DNA of 64,000 nucleotides from assembly GCF_006345805.1 (NCBI RefSeq), contig NC_042998.1:127224001-127288000 (forward strand). Direction: 5' to 3'. The position numbers and the translations under genes are program-made. The stretch is from Octopus sinensis (Eukaryota). The notes under the pieces were generated by a model. It was given only the letters and a program-made list of their open reading frames with translations, did no database searches and was not told where the DNA came from. Below are positions 12,841 to 25,942 of the stretch, in pieces; the first letter of the stretch is position 1; each line of letters begins with the position of its first letter.

Positions 12841-14299
12841 TATGATAAATCAAAATTTGTGTGTGAGTATGTCATATGGGGTATCAAAATATTCAGTAAT
12901 CTTTCTGCTATGAAATAAACTTTATTTTCATTTACATATTTGCATTACAAAAATGTAACATTATAATCTTTCGACAAGTCAATTATCGTAAGCGACATTT
13001 TACACGACGACGACGACGACAATGTCCCATTTTCTATATGACCATGTGTCTCTGAGCATGTGTGTTTGCGCGTTCGTTATGTACGTTACGTCGACGACTG
13101 AGATGTTTGTGTCTCTCTGTATACATACATTTTTGTAACGATTGATACACACAGACAAGCCTCTAAAGACAGACACAGACACACAGAGGGACAGAGATAG
13201 GACTGAGGTGTGCTTGTATGTATATCTGTGTGTGTCTGTCTTTGTATATGCATATGACTGTATGTCAGAGTGTATGTGTGTGCGAGTGTATATGTGATAA
13301 TTTGTATACGGTTAGGCCTAAGATAATTAAACACACACACACGCATTTACACATACATCTACATATGTGCATTAGTGTGTATGTGTTTGTGAGTGTGTGT
13401 GTTTGTGCGTTCGTTATGTAGGCTTGGCCAATGACTGAAAAGTATATGCCAAACAGTGAAACGCGCCGATTTTGAAAGAGTTTAGCGAAGTAGAACGTCT
13501 TAGCGGCTCTCTCAATATAATTACAGAAATGTTATTCCTGTCCTTATAACCAGTTTGAGGGTAATGCTTTTTTAACGGTTCTAGTGTCCCTATCGTATTC
13601 CTGCTATGCAGCATTGACAGAGTTAGTATTCAACGCTGCGCAAACTTTTTACTGCATTAATCAGTATTTATTCTACAGCCTATAACTTTACACAGTTAAA
13701 ATATATTGTAAGTAATGCCAAATTAATTTATGTCTTGCTACATATATCCTTCAGCATATGTTTTAAATTAATTAACGTTCACAACAGCGACATATTCCTT
13801 TGTACAAACTTTGGTTAGTGTTTGTTTAGAAATTGTAAAATAATAAATTATTTTGTATGAAAAGTTGAATTATGCCTTCTGAATTTTCTAGAAGCTTGAC
13901 TTTCTCAACCGTGATATTCAATTCTGAATTTTATAACATTTAGTACATGTTCCAAATAAATGCTGACTTCCTGTACTTTGTTACATTGGCGAGGCATTGA
14001 CATTTTTGGTAAAGTGCTAACTTGCCGACGCTGGAAAAGTTCTTTTGGAAATATTCCCTAAAGAAACTTTTATAGCATAACTATGCAACAGAATGTATGT
14101 TTTGCACCTATATTGACCACATTTTGTTTCGCTTGAACTTTGCGTACGTTTTGCCGTTTTCAATAATATCAACTCTATGAATGTGTTTGTGTCTCTGAGT
14201 GTGTGTGTGTGTGCATGTCTGCTTTGGTTACGTCTATAGTAAACTATAGTAAAGGATATTTTATGCTGTTTTAATGAGTCCACATCAAATTATGGTAGC

Positions 14300-16089
14300 C
14301 ATCATCAAATATGGTTGGCGATCCCTATGAAAATCGTGGTATTCCCATTTGTGCTCGAGGTAACAACTGTAAAAGTTATTCGGAGACGCATCCCGCTATG
14401 ATGCTCTCTAGTATCCTCTTATTTTGTGGAGTGGACAAGATGGGTATCATTTCAATATTCCGCAGATTAAACCTGCAACAGGAGAGCCTGATTCTACTTC
14501 AACAATACCTGGTTGATATGTGTGCTATAGTTGAGAGTCAACATCTCCTGTACACACATACCAATCCAAAAAAGTTATGGACTAAAAATTATGTTAATCT
14601 TCAAGATGCACTCCGGACAGATGGTGATATTCCAAACATGGGGCAACTTATAATCCTCCCATTATCATTCACAGGTGGTCCTCGATATATGCACGAACAA
14701 GCACAACATGCTATGACATATGTCAGGACATATTGAAAACCAGGTGTTTTTCTTACTTTCACCTGCAATCCTAAATAGAAATAAATAAAATCTAACCTTC
14801 TTACAGTGTTGCATCTTCTGGTATTGAAGATACCCTCCTCATTGGGGGAAGAACTGCTCATTCCATGTTCAAGTTCCCTCTAAACCTTGCAATGAAAGAT
14901 CTCAAATGTGCAACATTTGCAAACACTCTGCAATGTCAACAATTCTCCAACAAATTTACCTCGTTGTTTAGGATGAGTGCACCCTTACATCGTGGAGCTC
15001 CAGATCGTCCACACCGTGGACCGTTGAGAAGAGTAACAGTTCTTCTTGCAGATTTTCGTCAAATGTTGCTAGTTATCCTCCAAAGGATCAAAAGCTCATT
15101 AGGTTTAGATGCATGCTTTAAAAATCGTACCGTTGCAGACATGTGTAAAAACTTCACCTTATAAAGAACATCGGGGTACTTCTACAAAGTGATCATACGA
15201 GCTTCTTAAGATTAGTAATGGGATATTGACTTACAACTTAAACTTCAGTTACATGGAATTACATGCGGTCAAATGATACTTTCTCCTAGGGATTTTATGG
15301 ATAACGTATTCCCTAATTCATCTCTCACTTACACTGATGTAAACTAGCAATGTGAAAGAGCTATACTGGCTCCAACTAATGGACTTCTAAAGTTAGCTGA
15401 TTCATCAGAAATTACTTTTCAGTCAGCTGACAACAGTCGATCACAATCGGTTTCTTCAATACCCTGTTGAATTTCTGAACATTCTTAAACCCACAGGAAT
15501 GCCATCGCATAACTTGACACTAAAACTGGGTGCCCACATTATATTGCTTAAAATTCCTCACCCATCTCCCCTGTGTAATTGATCACGCTTAATTGTTACT
15601 TCTATGAAGTCCCATGTCCTACAGGCAACAGTCGTAACAGGTTGTCACAAAGGAGAAAAATGTCTTTATTTCAAAAATTCTTCTCATACCTACACATCTT
15701 CCATTTTAAATTTGAGATGCTTCAGCTTCCAGTCAAACTATGTTTTGTTATTTCAGTTAACAAATCTCAGGGTCAATCCCTCGAGATACTTGCACTAGAT
15801 CTCTCTTCTACATGTTTCTCCTACAGCCAACTCTACTTTGCTTGCTGGCGAGTTGGAAGCAGCAACAATTTATTAATTTCGATATCAAACATAAACATTA
15901 TCCTGGCTTTCATCAACGTTGACAGATTTTCAGTTCGAAATTCTATCATCATTGCAATTTGGATATTTTTCAATAAAATATAGATATTCTGAAATAATTA
16001 TGAGAATATATATTTAGATTCATTGTTTACTAATTTGAATAAGAACAGCAAGCTTCCAACTTGCGAGCAACGCAGGGTCATTCAGCTAG
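14300..16089 (+). mobile_element. Decayed, internally deleted Helitron (Rep and Pif1 helicase remnants) with intact CTAG 3' end
   Basis: LLQQYLVDM..ILPLSFTGGPRYM..FLTFTCNP (Rep); CERAILAPTN, YPVEFLN..GMPSHNL, QLPVKLCF..NKSQGQSL..QLYFACWRV (Pif1); ends ...GCAACGCAGGGTCATTCAG-CTAG followed by T; 5' end not located. Confidence 0.9.
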
Positions 16090-16230
16090 TATATATATAT
16101 ATACATACATATATATATATATGTTTTGTGTGTGTGAGTGTGTGTGCGTGTGTGTGTGTCTGTGTGTCTGTGTGTGTGTGCGTGCGCACGTGTGTGTGTG
16201 TATTTGTGTGTGTGTGTGTATTTGTGTGTG

Positions 16231-16440
16231 TGAGGCCGCATGGTCTAGTGGTTAGGGTTTTGCACACACGAACTGGCGATTGCGATTTTAATGCCTAGAC
16301 CGGGTGGTGTCTTATGTTCTTGAGCAAAGCACTTCATCTCACTCTGCTCTGCGGTTACATGGACACATGACGCATGGCACACAGTGCACCTGTTCAAACA
16401 ACGTTGATTTGATGGAGAGAGTGAGTTGATATACAACACA
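16231..16440 (+). mobile_element. tRNA-headed SINE with CORE-like central segment
   Basis: A-box TGGTCTAGTGG; TGTTCTTGAGCAAAGCACTTCATCTC resembles the CORE consensus; head related to 25789-25886. Confidence 0.6.
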
Positions 16441-17647
16441 AACTTTTGATATATATATATATATATGTATGTATATATATATATATATATATACATATAG
16501 ATATAGACATATACCTATATATATGACACGTGCGTGTATATAACGATTCTTAATATTAATAACACCCAATTAATTAAAAGTTAAACTGAGTAAACTAATT
16601 ACAGCTATAGACGACGCACAATGAGGAGCCTCTCATATATTTATCTTTTATTTTTTTCTCTATTTGCCTCATTCGACAGGAATTTACTACAGCGCGTATG
16701 TACGCCGATGCCACCACGGTCTCGATCATAATATTTTCAAATACGCAAACATTCAAGATTGCTACACAATTAGATAACATTATCAAATAAAACACCCCGT
16801 TGAGTTACAGCATATGTTCATTCGAGTAGTTCTTACATATCTTATAAAATATTTACAAATTAACCAACAACCCCAACATCGACGTAGAAAGCCTGTCTAA
16901 CATAATTTACAGTAATAGAACAATAGAACATTTATTAAGTCATGTAAACACTCTCTGAACAATAAAGCCACCCACGATACCAGCTAATATAATGAAGAAA
17001 TTATTAGTATCCATTACAACAAATGTGACATTTTTTGTATACAGAGTAAATTATATAATCACTGCGACGGAGTAGATACTTGTCCTCCCTTAGGAATCAC
17101 TAACGCTGTATTCAACATGGTCACAACGAAAAACAATTGTAATCAAGAAACAGACGTGCGATACACACACAGGCACACACACATATATATATAATGAAGA
17201 ATTAAAAGCAGCACTAGAGATGTAGACATTATCGATCGCACAGACTCAATGTGTGCGTTTTGCTTGTTGTCAGGATTGCCTGCGTGATAGGCTTGGAGAC
17301 GGCCCTGTTAACGACAATTCGATTCATTACTGGTCCAATTTAAATACATGGTGTTGATAAACCGCCAAAATAATGAAATATCGGTAGCCATTGCTCCTGA
17401 ATTCGAGTTTTGTCCCGTTATATATATATATATATATATATTGGGACAACAACATAATCAGGCAGTTAACAGATATCAAATCATTCTATAATGTATTTAT
17501 ACTCATGCAACGTATTGAAAAGAAATGCAACAACTGTAATGCACACACACACACACACACATATATATAATGTGTGTGTGTGTGTATATAATATAATATA
17601 ATATGATATATATATATGATATACTATAATATATATATATATGATAT

Positions 17648-17709
<62 letters not shown>

Positions 17710-18481
17710 ATGTATATTTATATTTATATCGGGAAGTCAGGTACATGCCGGAATATGAAAGACTGGTTATAGCACAGAAGGTGCCCTTCAAGACCAAGTA
17801 AGAGGAAGTTTGCAGTGTTAATATGGTATGGATCAGTAAGTAGACCAACGGTTCCACAGATGAAAAAACTCTGGAATTGATGGAAAAGTTGTGTGCAAAT
17901 AGCACGTTACAGCTCCTTTCTAGAATGACTGTATGATCGGTTCAGACTTGTGGATATTGAGTGCAACACTAACAGTTAGTTGCAACCTGTTCCTCCGATA
18001 GCAGATTACCATTTCCTTAGATAGCTGCTATTGATATAATAACAAATCTGTCTCGCGGAGATCTCGTCTATAGTCAATAGAAGAATTCTGTCAATTAGTA
18101 AGGATGGCATCTTTCTTCTTCAAATAAACAATGCTTCTGTTTGTGATGTTATTGAAGACTGTGGATTATTTGGTGTAGCATTATATATTGAGTGCATCTT
18201 GATGTAGACATGCCGTTTTCACAAGGTGTTTCTGATGTAACAACTATGACATTTGTTTCCAGATATTTTGCCACAATACATGGGTTCTTGAACACATGTC
18301 GGCATTGTTTACGGGGAACTGTGACAGTGTGCGCATACTGCTGCTCTCCGTTAAAGCATTTACATATATGAATTTCCTCATCTATAGGTTTAGACCCTTT
18401 CTAGAGATTGCAGCAGTTATTTCATCAACAAAGTAATGCAGTCTCAGTAAGTGTATGCCATCTCTGGAAATGTTACCCTTC

Positions 18482-18544
<63 letters not shown>

Positions 18545-19104
18545 TATATATTGTAAACATGGTGTGTTTGGCGAAAGATGGTAAGTTGCTGTTGTCTTTT
18601 GCCATCTTCTGGAAGTTCATGGCGTTCAGAAATTTCTCTCATGCCGCTCTGATTCAGTTTCTAATCCGAGAAGTTTAATTTTGTATGCATTGTTGGTTCT
18701 GACTCGTATTGTGCAAACAGATCCCTGTTGGCCCATATATTCTGTCGAAACTTAGTTCATCTGCAACAAGTTTTGAAAACAGTCAAGCAAAGAAAGAGAT
18801 CAGGTGAAGTCGCAGTTTTCAAGTTCAAAATCAATGTGACTGTCAAATTTGTTAAATTTGTCAATATGTTCATGGACTTTTCTCTGGAAGAAGTCGACCT
18901 AACCAAAGGTATAGTTAATGAATTCAACTATATTAGATAAGTAGTAATTATCTAATTGATGCTAGAAAGATGAACATAATGTTTAACCCCTCAAAATTGT
19001 GTATATTGACATTTCGAACTCAGAATATCAAATCATAAAATTAAATATTTCAAGTCATTTATTCTATTATTCTTATGATTTCTGCTGCTTCAATATCATT
19101 GGCC

Positions 19105-19256
<152 letters not shown>

Positions 19257-19342
19257 TGCAAGCGCGAAACTTATCTGCCACGGACATTTTTATTTTTTTA
19301 CCTTGTTGATATATTTGGTTATCATCCGTTATATGATATACT

Positions 19343-19665
19343 GTAGTTCTATATTTAAGAGATGAGGAATTATCTACATCATATACATTATTTACAATTG
19401 ACGGATATTTGTCCTCATCTTGTTTGTTGTTAACACAACGTTTCAGCTGATATACCTTCCAACCTTCATCTTGGGGAAATTTCGAACCTGGGTTCTCACT
19501 CCTAAGGTATTTCTCGATGTTATTATTATTATTCAGATCACTGCTTGGAATCGAACTTGGAATTTTGGGGTTAGCAGCCCGCGCTCTTAACCACTACACC
19601 ATATGCCGCAGACTACTAACCCCAAGATTCCGAGTTCGATTGCAGGAAGTGACCTGAATAATAAC

Positions 19666-19723
<58 letters not shown>

Positions 19724-19748
19724 TAATAATAACAACAACAACAACAAC

Positions 19749-19805
<57 letters not shown>

Positions 19806-19969
19806 CAACAACAACAACATCGAAAAATACTTAAGGAATGAGAACCCAGGTTCGAAATTTTACCCAAAACACCTGATGAAAGCTGGATGGTATGATCGGC
19901 CGAAACGTTGTGTTACGAATAAACAAGAAGAGGACAAATATCCGTCAACTGTAAATAATGTAAGAAATG
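19343..19969. mobile_element. Head-to-head inverted pair of a tRNA-head/(AAT)n/HHR-tail element within one 13 bp TSD
   Basis: Minus copy 19608-19343 with full A and B boxes; plus copy 19609-19969 is 5'-truncated; TATATGATATACT at 19330-19342 and 19970-19982. Confidence 0.8.
19868..19914 (+). ncRNA. Minimal type I hammerhead ribozyme
   Basis: AACAC-CTGATGA-A-aGCTG..CGGCc-GAAA-CG-TT-GTGTT; perfect 5 bp stem I, canonical core, palindromic AACGTT at stem III. Confidence 0.8.
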
Positions 19970-21509
19970 TATATGATATACTAAATGAAAATAATTTTAG
20001 GGCTCTGAAGCCCCCAAAGTTTTATTGACAAACTGTGAACCCGGAGGAAACGGAGAGCTTTTTTTGCTTTCCACAAATATATTATAGTCTTTTGATTTCA
20101 GTGATTATATACGCTGGATATACATTTGATTAATTATACATTCGTCATAAGTTATTACTGTATGTAAACTTCCATAATTATGAAGATGGTTAAAATAGTC
20201 TTTACCATTATGTGGCTAACAGCCGAAGTCTCTCCCATTATCTTCTTTCTTACTACTCCCAAGTTCTCAACACAACAATTATACGCCTCTAAATATTACT
20301 AAGTGTTACAACTTACAGATTCCAAGATAATTAGTCCACTGCTCTAGTGATCATATTACTATCTACGCCCACCAACCTGGGCAATTTGATTGAATATGCC
20401 CAGACAATTGAACAGAAATATTATATTATGCTATTTTTAAGACAACGAGCATTCTCTTATCGTTTAATAATGAAATTTTTCTAAAATATATAAAGGAGTA
20501 TATAAAATATGTGGGCTCCCTCGTCGCTTCCTCGAATGAGGGCTCAGCAACGACAAAAGAAAAGTAAATATATAAATAAATGACCACCATGCCTGTGTGC
20601 AAGTCAACAATAAATACTTCCAGTAGCCTTCCCCTGTCTATTCCTGTCGCATCTTTTACTATCCCAGTAAACTTATGAAGAACGTTGATGGTTGGTCCCG
20701 GTGTCTTGGTTTATTGAACAACCTGCACAATGAATATTATTGTGGCATGGTTTGAGCAGAGTCAGTTCCACACTATTGTCCTTCAAACTTGTACTGGTCT
20801 GGTGCAACAACTGCCGCGAGCCCATTAGTGATTAGGATTCATGCTTTCTAATGAGTTGTCTTCTCTTAGATAAACGGCTAAAGAGCTGAAGGATCGCATT
20901 GGCACTGGGGCCTTTGGGGTGTCTGTAAGTCAACTTCTTCTGGCGGTAATTCCGTTACAAGCTAATTAACCCATAGCTGGGCACCTGGCAGGAGCTATTA
21001 CACAGACCGGATTAGTACTAGGAGCAATTGTGGCTCAGATTTTCCTCACCTTGAAAACCCAAGGACTCCCGAATCAGGGCCCCAGTACTGGATGATGTTT
21101 GATGTCATACACATGATATGTGTGTATCACATACCATACACACACGCACACATACACACACACAGACACATACACGTGTACATATGTATCTGAACTTCTG
21201 CACGTGTGTATAAAATGGTATTAAACCTGTTATTGTGGAAGGTAGTTTTATATAATATTCTTTTGTTGAAAAATATCATATTTGATATGATATTTGCCTA
21301 TTGAGGTAACGTGACTTGTAGAAAATACCAATTCTAATTTTTCAATAGACATTTATCATCATTACTGGAATAACTATGAAATAAATTTCGCAGTTAAAGT
21401 GTTTACAATAAAATAAAAGTGGTATTGAAAATATTTACGTAACAAAGTTTAACCAAAATTATTTATAAAACCTTTTACGCAATTAAATACTCAAGGCAGT
21501 GATTATGGA

Positions 21510-21690
21510 TTATTATCAGAGCGATGGAAAAAATCGCTTCGCAGCACTTCCTTATTTTCTGAGTTCAAACATCGCCGATGTCAATTTTGCCTTTCATCCT
21601 TTCTGAGATGATAAAATATAATACAAGTGAAGTGTTTCAGTCGATGATAAACTAACCTCCAGCCCTAAAACTTGCTGACTTTGTGTTTCC
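21510..21690 (+). mobile_element. Degenerate tRNA-derived SINE
   Basis: TTCTGAGTTCAAACATCGCCGATGTCAATTTTGCCTTTCATCCTTTC matches the family. Confidence 0.65.
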
Positions 21691-22899
21691 ATCAGAAACA
21701 ATTTAAATTCTAAGAGGTTCTTACTTGGATATGTGTGTGTGAGAGAGAGAGGGAGAGAGAGAGAGAGAACAGATAGGCGATAAAATACTAGAGGGTCGAT
21801 GAGATAGAAAAAAGAAGAGAGAGAGAGAGAGCGAGAGAGAATCCGGAAATAACATTGTTGAATAGCAAACAGCGAGAAATAAGATGAATGAATCAGATTT
21901 TTCAAATGGAGGTGCAAAAGAATTAGAGATTAAAAGCAGCAGCAAAATATACAGTAAGATTGGCCGCGTCTAACAGGTAAGTGAGCCTAATCTGTTGTGT
22001 TTTTAATATAGGCTCCAACAGTTTTATATTTATTTTGGCAACGATTCTCTACAATGTTTCAGAAAGTATTTTCAGCAGGCTTGGCATTTAACATTTGGCA
22101 AAGGATAAAGAATGATTCAAAATAAGCATGACGACAGAATGTGATGCTATTTATTCTTTGAATTATTCTTCAGTGAATAGCCCAGTTCTTTCTATCGATG
22201 TGTAATCAGCATAACATTTACTGCACAATTCCAGACGGAATAGCTAGTATATTGAAAGTAAGAATTGTAACACCTGATTACGATAGCAGACTTGCTTAAC
22301 AAAAAGAAAATAGAGAGAGCAGAGGAGGGAAAATAGGAATAAAAGAAAATATCTTATAGTATAACAATGAAGAAACCTGTTCCGATTCATTCAGCTTCTT
22401 ATCTTTTAATTCAATTGTTTGGTGGTATCTATTTATGAGTGAGCTGCTAAAAAGTTCCCTACGTCATTAACGATTACTGAACTGTTAGAAGAAAGATTCG
22501 TGTTGGTGCTAGAAATGACAAGATGCAGTTTTGACGGAGCGTTATGATAAATTAATTAGCATAATATTGGTTTTTGACATAGGCACAACGCCAACTTTCA
22601 CCGAGGAACGATATATTTGATTTAACAACTTCAGAATATTATTAGAAGTAATTTTATTGGTGTTGAGATAAAGAAAGATTATGTCGAATTGGAACTCGGT
22701 CCGGCTCTGTGATGTTATTTATATGAAATTCACAATCCAATCTAAGAATATCGTATTACTTTTGTTTCACGGGGAACTACAATTTAGTAAAGTGTATGAC
22801 GCTTAACAGGAATTACAAAACATCAAGTGATTCAACTTTAAGAAAGTTGTATAAAGGACTTAACCCTAAGACATGGCAGAGGCAATGATGTTAACTTCG

Positions 22900-23110
22900 T
22901 ATCGTTAGCACGTTGGGTGAAATGCTTTGCGGTATTTCGTCTGCCGCTGCGTTCTCAGTTCAAATTCCGCCGAGGTGGATTTGCCTTTCATCCTTTCGGG
23001 GTCGATTAAATATGTACCAGTTACGCACTGGGGTCGATGTAATCGACTCAATCCCTTTGTCTGTCTTTGTTTACTCTATGGTTAGCCCCCTTTGGGCAAT
23101 ACAAACATAA
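22900..23110 (+). mobile_element. 5'-truncated tRNA-derived SINE with TSD
   Basis: Family match including the tail GTTAGCCCCCTTTGGGCAATACAAAC; TTAACTTCGT repeated on both sides. Confidence 0.85.
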
Positions 23111-23247
23111 ATATTAACTTCGTTTCGAGTAAACACGTGCGCGCATACACACGCATGCACGCAAACACTGAAGCGCGCGCATGCACACACGGATGCATAC
23201 ACATACACTCACGCGCAAGTGCATACACATATAAATATGTATATATA

Positions 23248-23768
23248 CAGGGATTGGACAAAATAATGGAAACACCTTAAAATTTCAAAAAGATTTATTT
23301 TAATATGGGGTAGGACTGCCTTGGTAGTAATTACAGCTTGAGTTCTACGAGGTATGGTTTGTTTCCAAATGAATTTTTGTCCATTCTTCAGCTAAAACAG
23401 TCTCCAGTTCTTGTAGTTATGATAGTGGAGTATATTGAATCCTTAATTGTTTTTCTAAAATGCAGCATAAATGTTCAATAATATTGAGATATGTAGACTG
23501 TGGTAGACAGATAAGATGCTCAACTTCACTACAATGATCCTCGTGCCATTCAGTAACAACTTTAGCTGTGTGAATTGGTGCATTTATCATCCTGAAAGAT
23601 TGCGTTTCCCTCCGGAAACAGTTACGCAACCGTAGGCTAAATTTGATTAGATAAAATGCTTAAGTAGTCTTGACTATTAATTCTGCAATGAAAGGAAACC
23701 ATTGGGCCAGGGGATTTCCAAAATATAGCCCCCCCCCCACCCAGATCAGATCATCACAGATATGTTCT
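23248..23768 (-). mobile_element. Tc1-family transposon 3' half (DD36E spacing) with one TIR
   Basis: TA-CAGGGATTGGACAAAATAATGGAAACAC terminus; FQDD/NAPIHTAKVVTEWHE..PQSTYLNIIEHL; 36 residues between D and E. Confidence 0.85.
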
Positions 23769-24650
23769 GATTAGCGGAACATATCCGAGACATCCGACTC
23801 GGCAATGACACACCGGTCCCTCGCCATTTCCGCTCTACCGTTCAGTCTTTGCAACAACTGTCTGTGTTCGGATTGTCCTTCCACAGGGACAACCCGGACT
23901 CCTGTCTTCGCCGTGAACGGAGATTAATATACTCTCTTCGCTTCTTAGCGCCACAGGGACTCAACTCTCCGCGCCACTTCATCTAAGCCTCATCCCCTCT
24001 CCTCTCTTCCTCTCACACCTACTTCGTCCCACCTCTCTTCACTTGCTCTGATCCCTACTTCGCATGACTCCTACTCTCCTCTCTTCTCTTCACTCCTACC
24101 CCTTCTCCCTTCCCCCTCTCCCTTCATCGTCACTCCTCACACGTAACCCCACCACAATCCTATCCAACCTTCCCTATCCATCCCATTCCCTCATTCCATC
24201 CCTTACACCCACTCCCATATATACCACCTCTACCACCAGCCTCAGCCTAACCCACACCCGGCCCTTGCTTTCCTCACTCTCGCTTCCACCATATCCCAAC
24301 ACCACCACACCAAACTACACACCACCACACCAGACCACTATACCACACAACGCCACATCACACCACCACGCTAGCACACTAGCACTGACCACTTCCCAGC
24401 CCCACACCATCACCCACACCATCATCCAACACATACACATGCACACATCAAGGTCACCAACCCTCTTCCACATGCACATACATGCTATCTTATTCACACG
24501 CACGCGCACCTTCATTTTGGGATCACTACTGCTTTATTATCTCCCCTTCTCACTAGCTCTCCTGTGTGATCTCTCTGTCCGGCATTCGTCATTACAGATC
24601 GCTAGCCACTACACATGCTTTATTTTCTCTCTTTGTTTCTTTCTGTGTTC

Positions 24651-24686
24651 CTTTCTGTGGAAGAGCGTAGGCTCGAAACGTTAAAC
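24651..24686 (+). ncRNA. Minimal hammerhead-like motif (A6U variant) in Neptune pLTR
   Basis: CTTT-CTGTGGA-A-GAGC gtag GCTC-GAAA-CG-TT-AAA. Confidence 0.55.
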
Positions 24687-24773
24687 TTTTTCACTTACCG
24701 AGTGTTAAAGTAATACGTTTTATTTGTTGTCTACACCACCTGCCTTCATCTTTTTTTTTTTTTAGAATTCTCC

Positions 24774-24809
<36 letters not shown>

Positions 24810-24835
24810 GTATATATATATATATATGTATATAT

Positions 24836-25584
<749 letters not shown>

Positions 25585-25721
25585 CCACTTACAGAAAATG
25601 GAAAAGACAGCCTTTGACTGCCATTTCTAATTCCTTCGGTATGCGGCAAAGCAGCCTGCTGCTAGCCCTTTTTGCTAGTTTTACTATATATTGAACCTTA
25701 CAAAGTTCCTGACGATGAATT

Positions 25722-25768
<47 letters not shown>

Positions 25769-25788
25769 TGTGTGTGTGTGTGTGTGTG

Positions 25789-25886
25789 TGGAGGCGCCGT
25801 GGCTCAGTGGTCAGGGTAGCGGACTCGCAGTTGTAGGATCGCGGTTTCAATTCCCAGACCGGGCGTTGTAGATGTTTATTGAGTGA
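25789..25886 (+). mobile_element. tRNA-like SINE head
   Basis: A-box TGGCTCAGTGG, B-box-like GGTTTCAATTCCC; no acceptor-stem closure. Confidence 0.65.
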
Positions 25887-25942
25887 ATATATACATATAT
25901 ATATATATACATACATATGTGTGTGGTGTGTGTGTGTGTGTG

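Noticed and set aside
17720-18950. Possible coding relic on the minus strand
   Set aside because: No recognisable motif in the frames I translated
19535-19608. tRNA gene call (also 25789-25886, 24836-24931, 16231-16300)
   Set aside because: A and B boxes are present but the cloverleaf is incomplete and copies are embedded in repeats; treated as SINE heads
20480-21110. GC-richer segment resembling an RTE-type 5' UTR
   Set aside because: Only a vague resemblance; no diagnostic motif or second copy in the window
24064-24684. 206 aa Pro/Thr/His-rich ORF and its mirror at 26037..26456
   Set aside because: C-rich low-complexity 3' region of the Neptune element, downstream of the GIY-YIG stop; open because of composition
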